Shown here piece by piece: positions 62,488 through 64,000 of a stretch of 64,000 nt of DNA. Origin of the DNA: an uncultured virus (IMG/VR IMGVR_UViG_3300021963_000096) (taxonomy: Duplodnaviria > Heunggongvirae > Uroviricota > Caudoviricetes); IMG/VR virus record IMGVR_UViG_3300021963_000096; one strand, written 5' to 3'. Every line of letters begins with the position of its first letter. The first letter of the stretch is position 1. A program made the translations under genes and the position numbers. The notes below the pieces were generated by a model, which had not been told where the DNA came from, searched no databases, and saw only the letters and a program-made list of their open reading frames with translations.

Positions 62488-64000
62488 TTGAGTTGGAAAA
62501 AATATTTTACCCCTGTACCAGTAGCTAGACAGCCCGGATCATTGAGTCCATTGGGCGGAGGTTCCGGCTCTCGCCCAGGCCCAGCACGTTCTAATTATTC
62601 TAGTTTTTTACCTGATGTTTACGCTGGGACACCAAATCGAGTTGAACGCTACATCCAATATGAAACTATGGACATGGACAGCGAAGTTAATGCTGCCTTA
62701 GATATCCTAGCAGAATTCTGTACTCAAACAAATAGAGAAAATAATACCGCCTTCCAAATACTATTCAAAGGTCAGCCTACAGCAACTGAAGTTAAAATAC
62801 TCAAAGATGGTTTACAAAAATGGAATAAATTTCAACAGTTTGAAACACGCATGTTCCGTATCGTCCGTAATGTATTCAAATACGGAGATGTATTTTTTAT
62901 CAAAGATCCAGAGACACAAAAACTTCACTATATAGATCCTGCTAAATTAGTTAAAATCATTGTCAACGAGAGTGAAGGCAAAAAGCCTGAGCAGTATGTG
63001 GTTCGAGATATGAATTTTAATTTCAAGAATCTCGTAGCTACTTCGATACTAGCTAATACAAATAAAACACCAGCCGGAACAGCGTCTTATGTTAGCGGCG
63101 GCTCGTTTGGTCGAGGCATGGTAGGTACAGCCCCTACACAGACTGGTACTAGATTTAGTACTACACAAGAAGAAATCGCTATAGATTCGAAACACATAGT
63201 CCATCTCAGTCTTTCAGAAGGACTAGACAACAATTATCCGTTTGGTAATTCACTGTTAGAATCAGTATTCAAAGTCTACAAGCAGAAAGAACTGCTCGAA
63301 GATGCTATCATTATCTATCGTGTACAACGTGCTCCAGAGCGTAGAGTGTTCTATATCGATGTGGGTAACATGCCCGCACACATGGCCATGAGCTTTGTTG
63401 AGCGAGTTAAAAACGAAATCAACCAACGACGCATACCAAGCCAAACAGGCGGTGGCGCTAACATGATTGATGCCAGTTACAATCCGTTAAGTATATCAGA
63501 AGACTATTTCTTTCCGCAGACAGCTGAAGGACGCGGATCAAAAGTAGATACTTTACCAGGTGGTACAAACTTAGGTGAAATTGACGACTTACGCTATTTT
63601 ACCAATAAATTATTCCGTGCTCTACGCATTCCTAGTAGCTATTTGCCAACAATGCCTGACGACAGTCAAGCAGCATTTACAGACGGAAAAGTAGGTACTG
63701 CTTACATACAAGAGCTACGCTTCAACGAATATTGTAAGCGATTACAGACTAATATTGTATCAGAATTTGATCTAGAATTTAAAACTTGGTTGATCGAAAC
63801 AGGCATTAATATTGATAATGCGTTATTTGAATTAAAGTTTAATCCGCCACAAAATTTCGCAGCTTATCGTCAGAGCGAACTCGATAATGCTCGTGTACAG
63901 ACATTTGCTGCCCTACAAGAAGTTCCGTTTATGAGCAAACGATTTGCTCTCAAGCGTTTCTTGGGTCTAAGCCAAGAAGAGATCACTGAAAACGAGCGTA
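62488..64000 (+). CDS. portal vertex protein (T4 gp20-like), truncated by the window end; absent from the ORF track
   Basis: TTG start after GGAG (MSWKKYFTP...); YETMDMDSEVNAALD, LLEDAIIIYRVQRAPERRVFYIDVGNMP, EDYFFPQTAEGRGSKVDTLPGG.NLGEIDD, LRIPSSYL. Confidence 0.92.
   Translation, partial: MSWKKYFTPVPVARQPGSLSPLGGGSGSRPGPARSNYSSFLPDVYAGTPNRVERYIQYETMDMDSEVNAALDILAEFCTQTNRENNTAFQILFKGQPTATEVKILKDGLQKWNKFQQFETRMFRIVRNVFKYGDVFFIKDPETQKLHYIDPAKLVKIIVNESEGKKPEQYVVRDMNFNFKNLVATSILANTNKTPAGTASYVSGGSFGRGMVGTAPTQTGTRFSTTQEEIAIDSKHIVHLSLSEGLDNNYPFGNSLLESVFKVYKQKELLEDAIIIYRVQRAPERRVFYIDVGNMPAHMAMSFVERVKNEINQRRIPSQTGGGANMIDASYNPLSISEDYFFPQTAEGRGSKVDTLPGGTNLGEIDDLRYFTNKLFRALRIPSSYLPTMPDDSQAAFTDGKVGTAYIQELRFNEYCKRLQTNIVSEFDLEFKTWLIETGINIDNALFELKFNPPQNFAAYRQSELDNARVQTFAALQEVPFMSKRFALKRFLGLSQEEITENER

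Noticed and set aside
1..64000. Stop-codon reassignment, as seen in some large phages
   Set aside because: Core genes, including a 14.7-kb ORF, are intact and tightly packed in the standard code, and TAA, TGA and TAG all occur as apparent stops.

Overview
The window is a segment of a large T4-like (jumbo-type) myovirus genome. It is AT-rich, densely coding and reads normally in the standard code. Left to right: (1-8.2 kb, +) small hypotheticals, two SGNH-like proteins, an AbrB-like ORF missing from the track, MazG-like, QueE, T4-type RNase H and ThyX. (8.2-50.2 kb, -) a long structural block: tail tube initiator, gp53, hub protein, gp5-like, gp25, gp6, a 4889-aa wedge/adhesin giant, and five paralogous tail-fibre proteins with chaperones and a 2OG-Fe(II) oxygenase. 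That block ends in four glycosyltransferase-like genes and a radical SAM enzyme. (50.3-56.2 kb, +) gp55 late sigma factor, gp47, gp46, a minimal GIY-YIG nuclease, about 440 nt of non-coding, highly structured sequence, and a head-internal-like protein. (56.2-57.3 kb, -) gp26/gp51-like pair joined by a candidate -1 slippery site. (57.4-64 kb, +) two tandem tape-measure-like paralogs, one with an amidase domain, and the portal gp20, truncated by the window end. The most notable unexplained element is the GIY-YIG gene plus the adjacent multi-pseudoknot RNA-like/origin-like locus at about 54.2-55.0 kb. All calls come from reading motifs by eye; no searches or folding programs were run.
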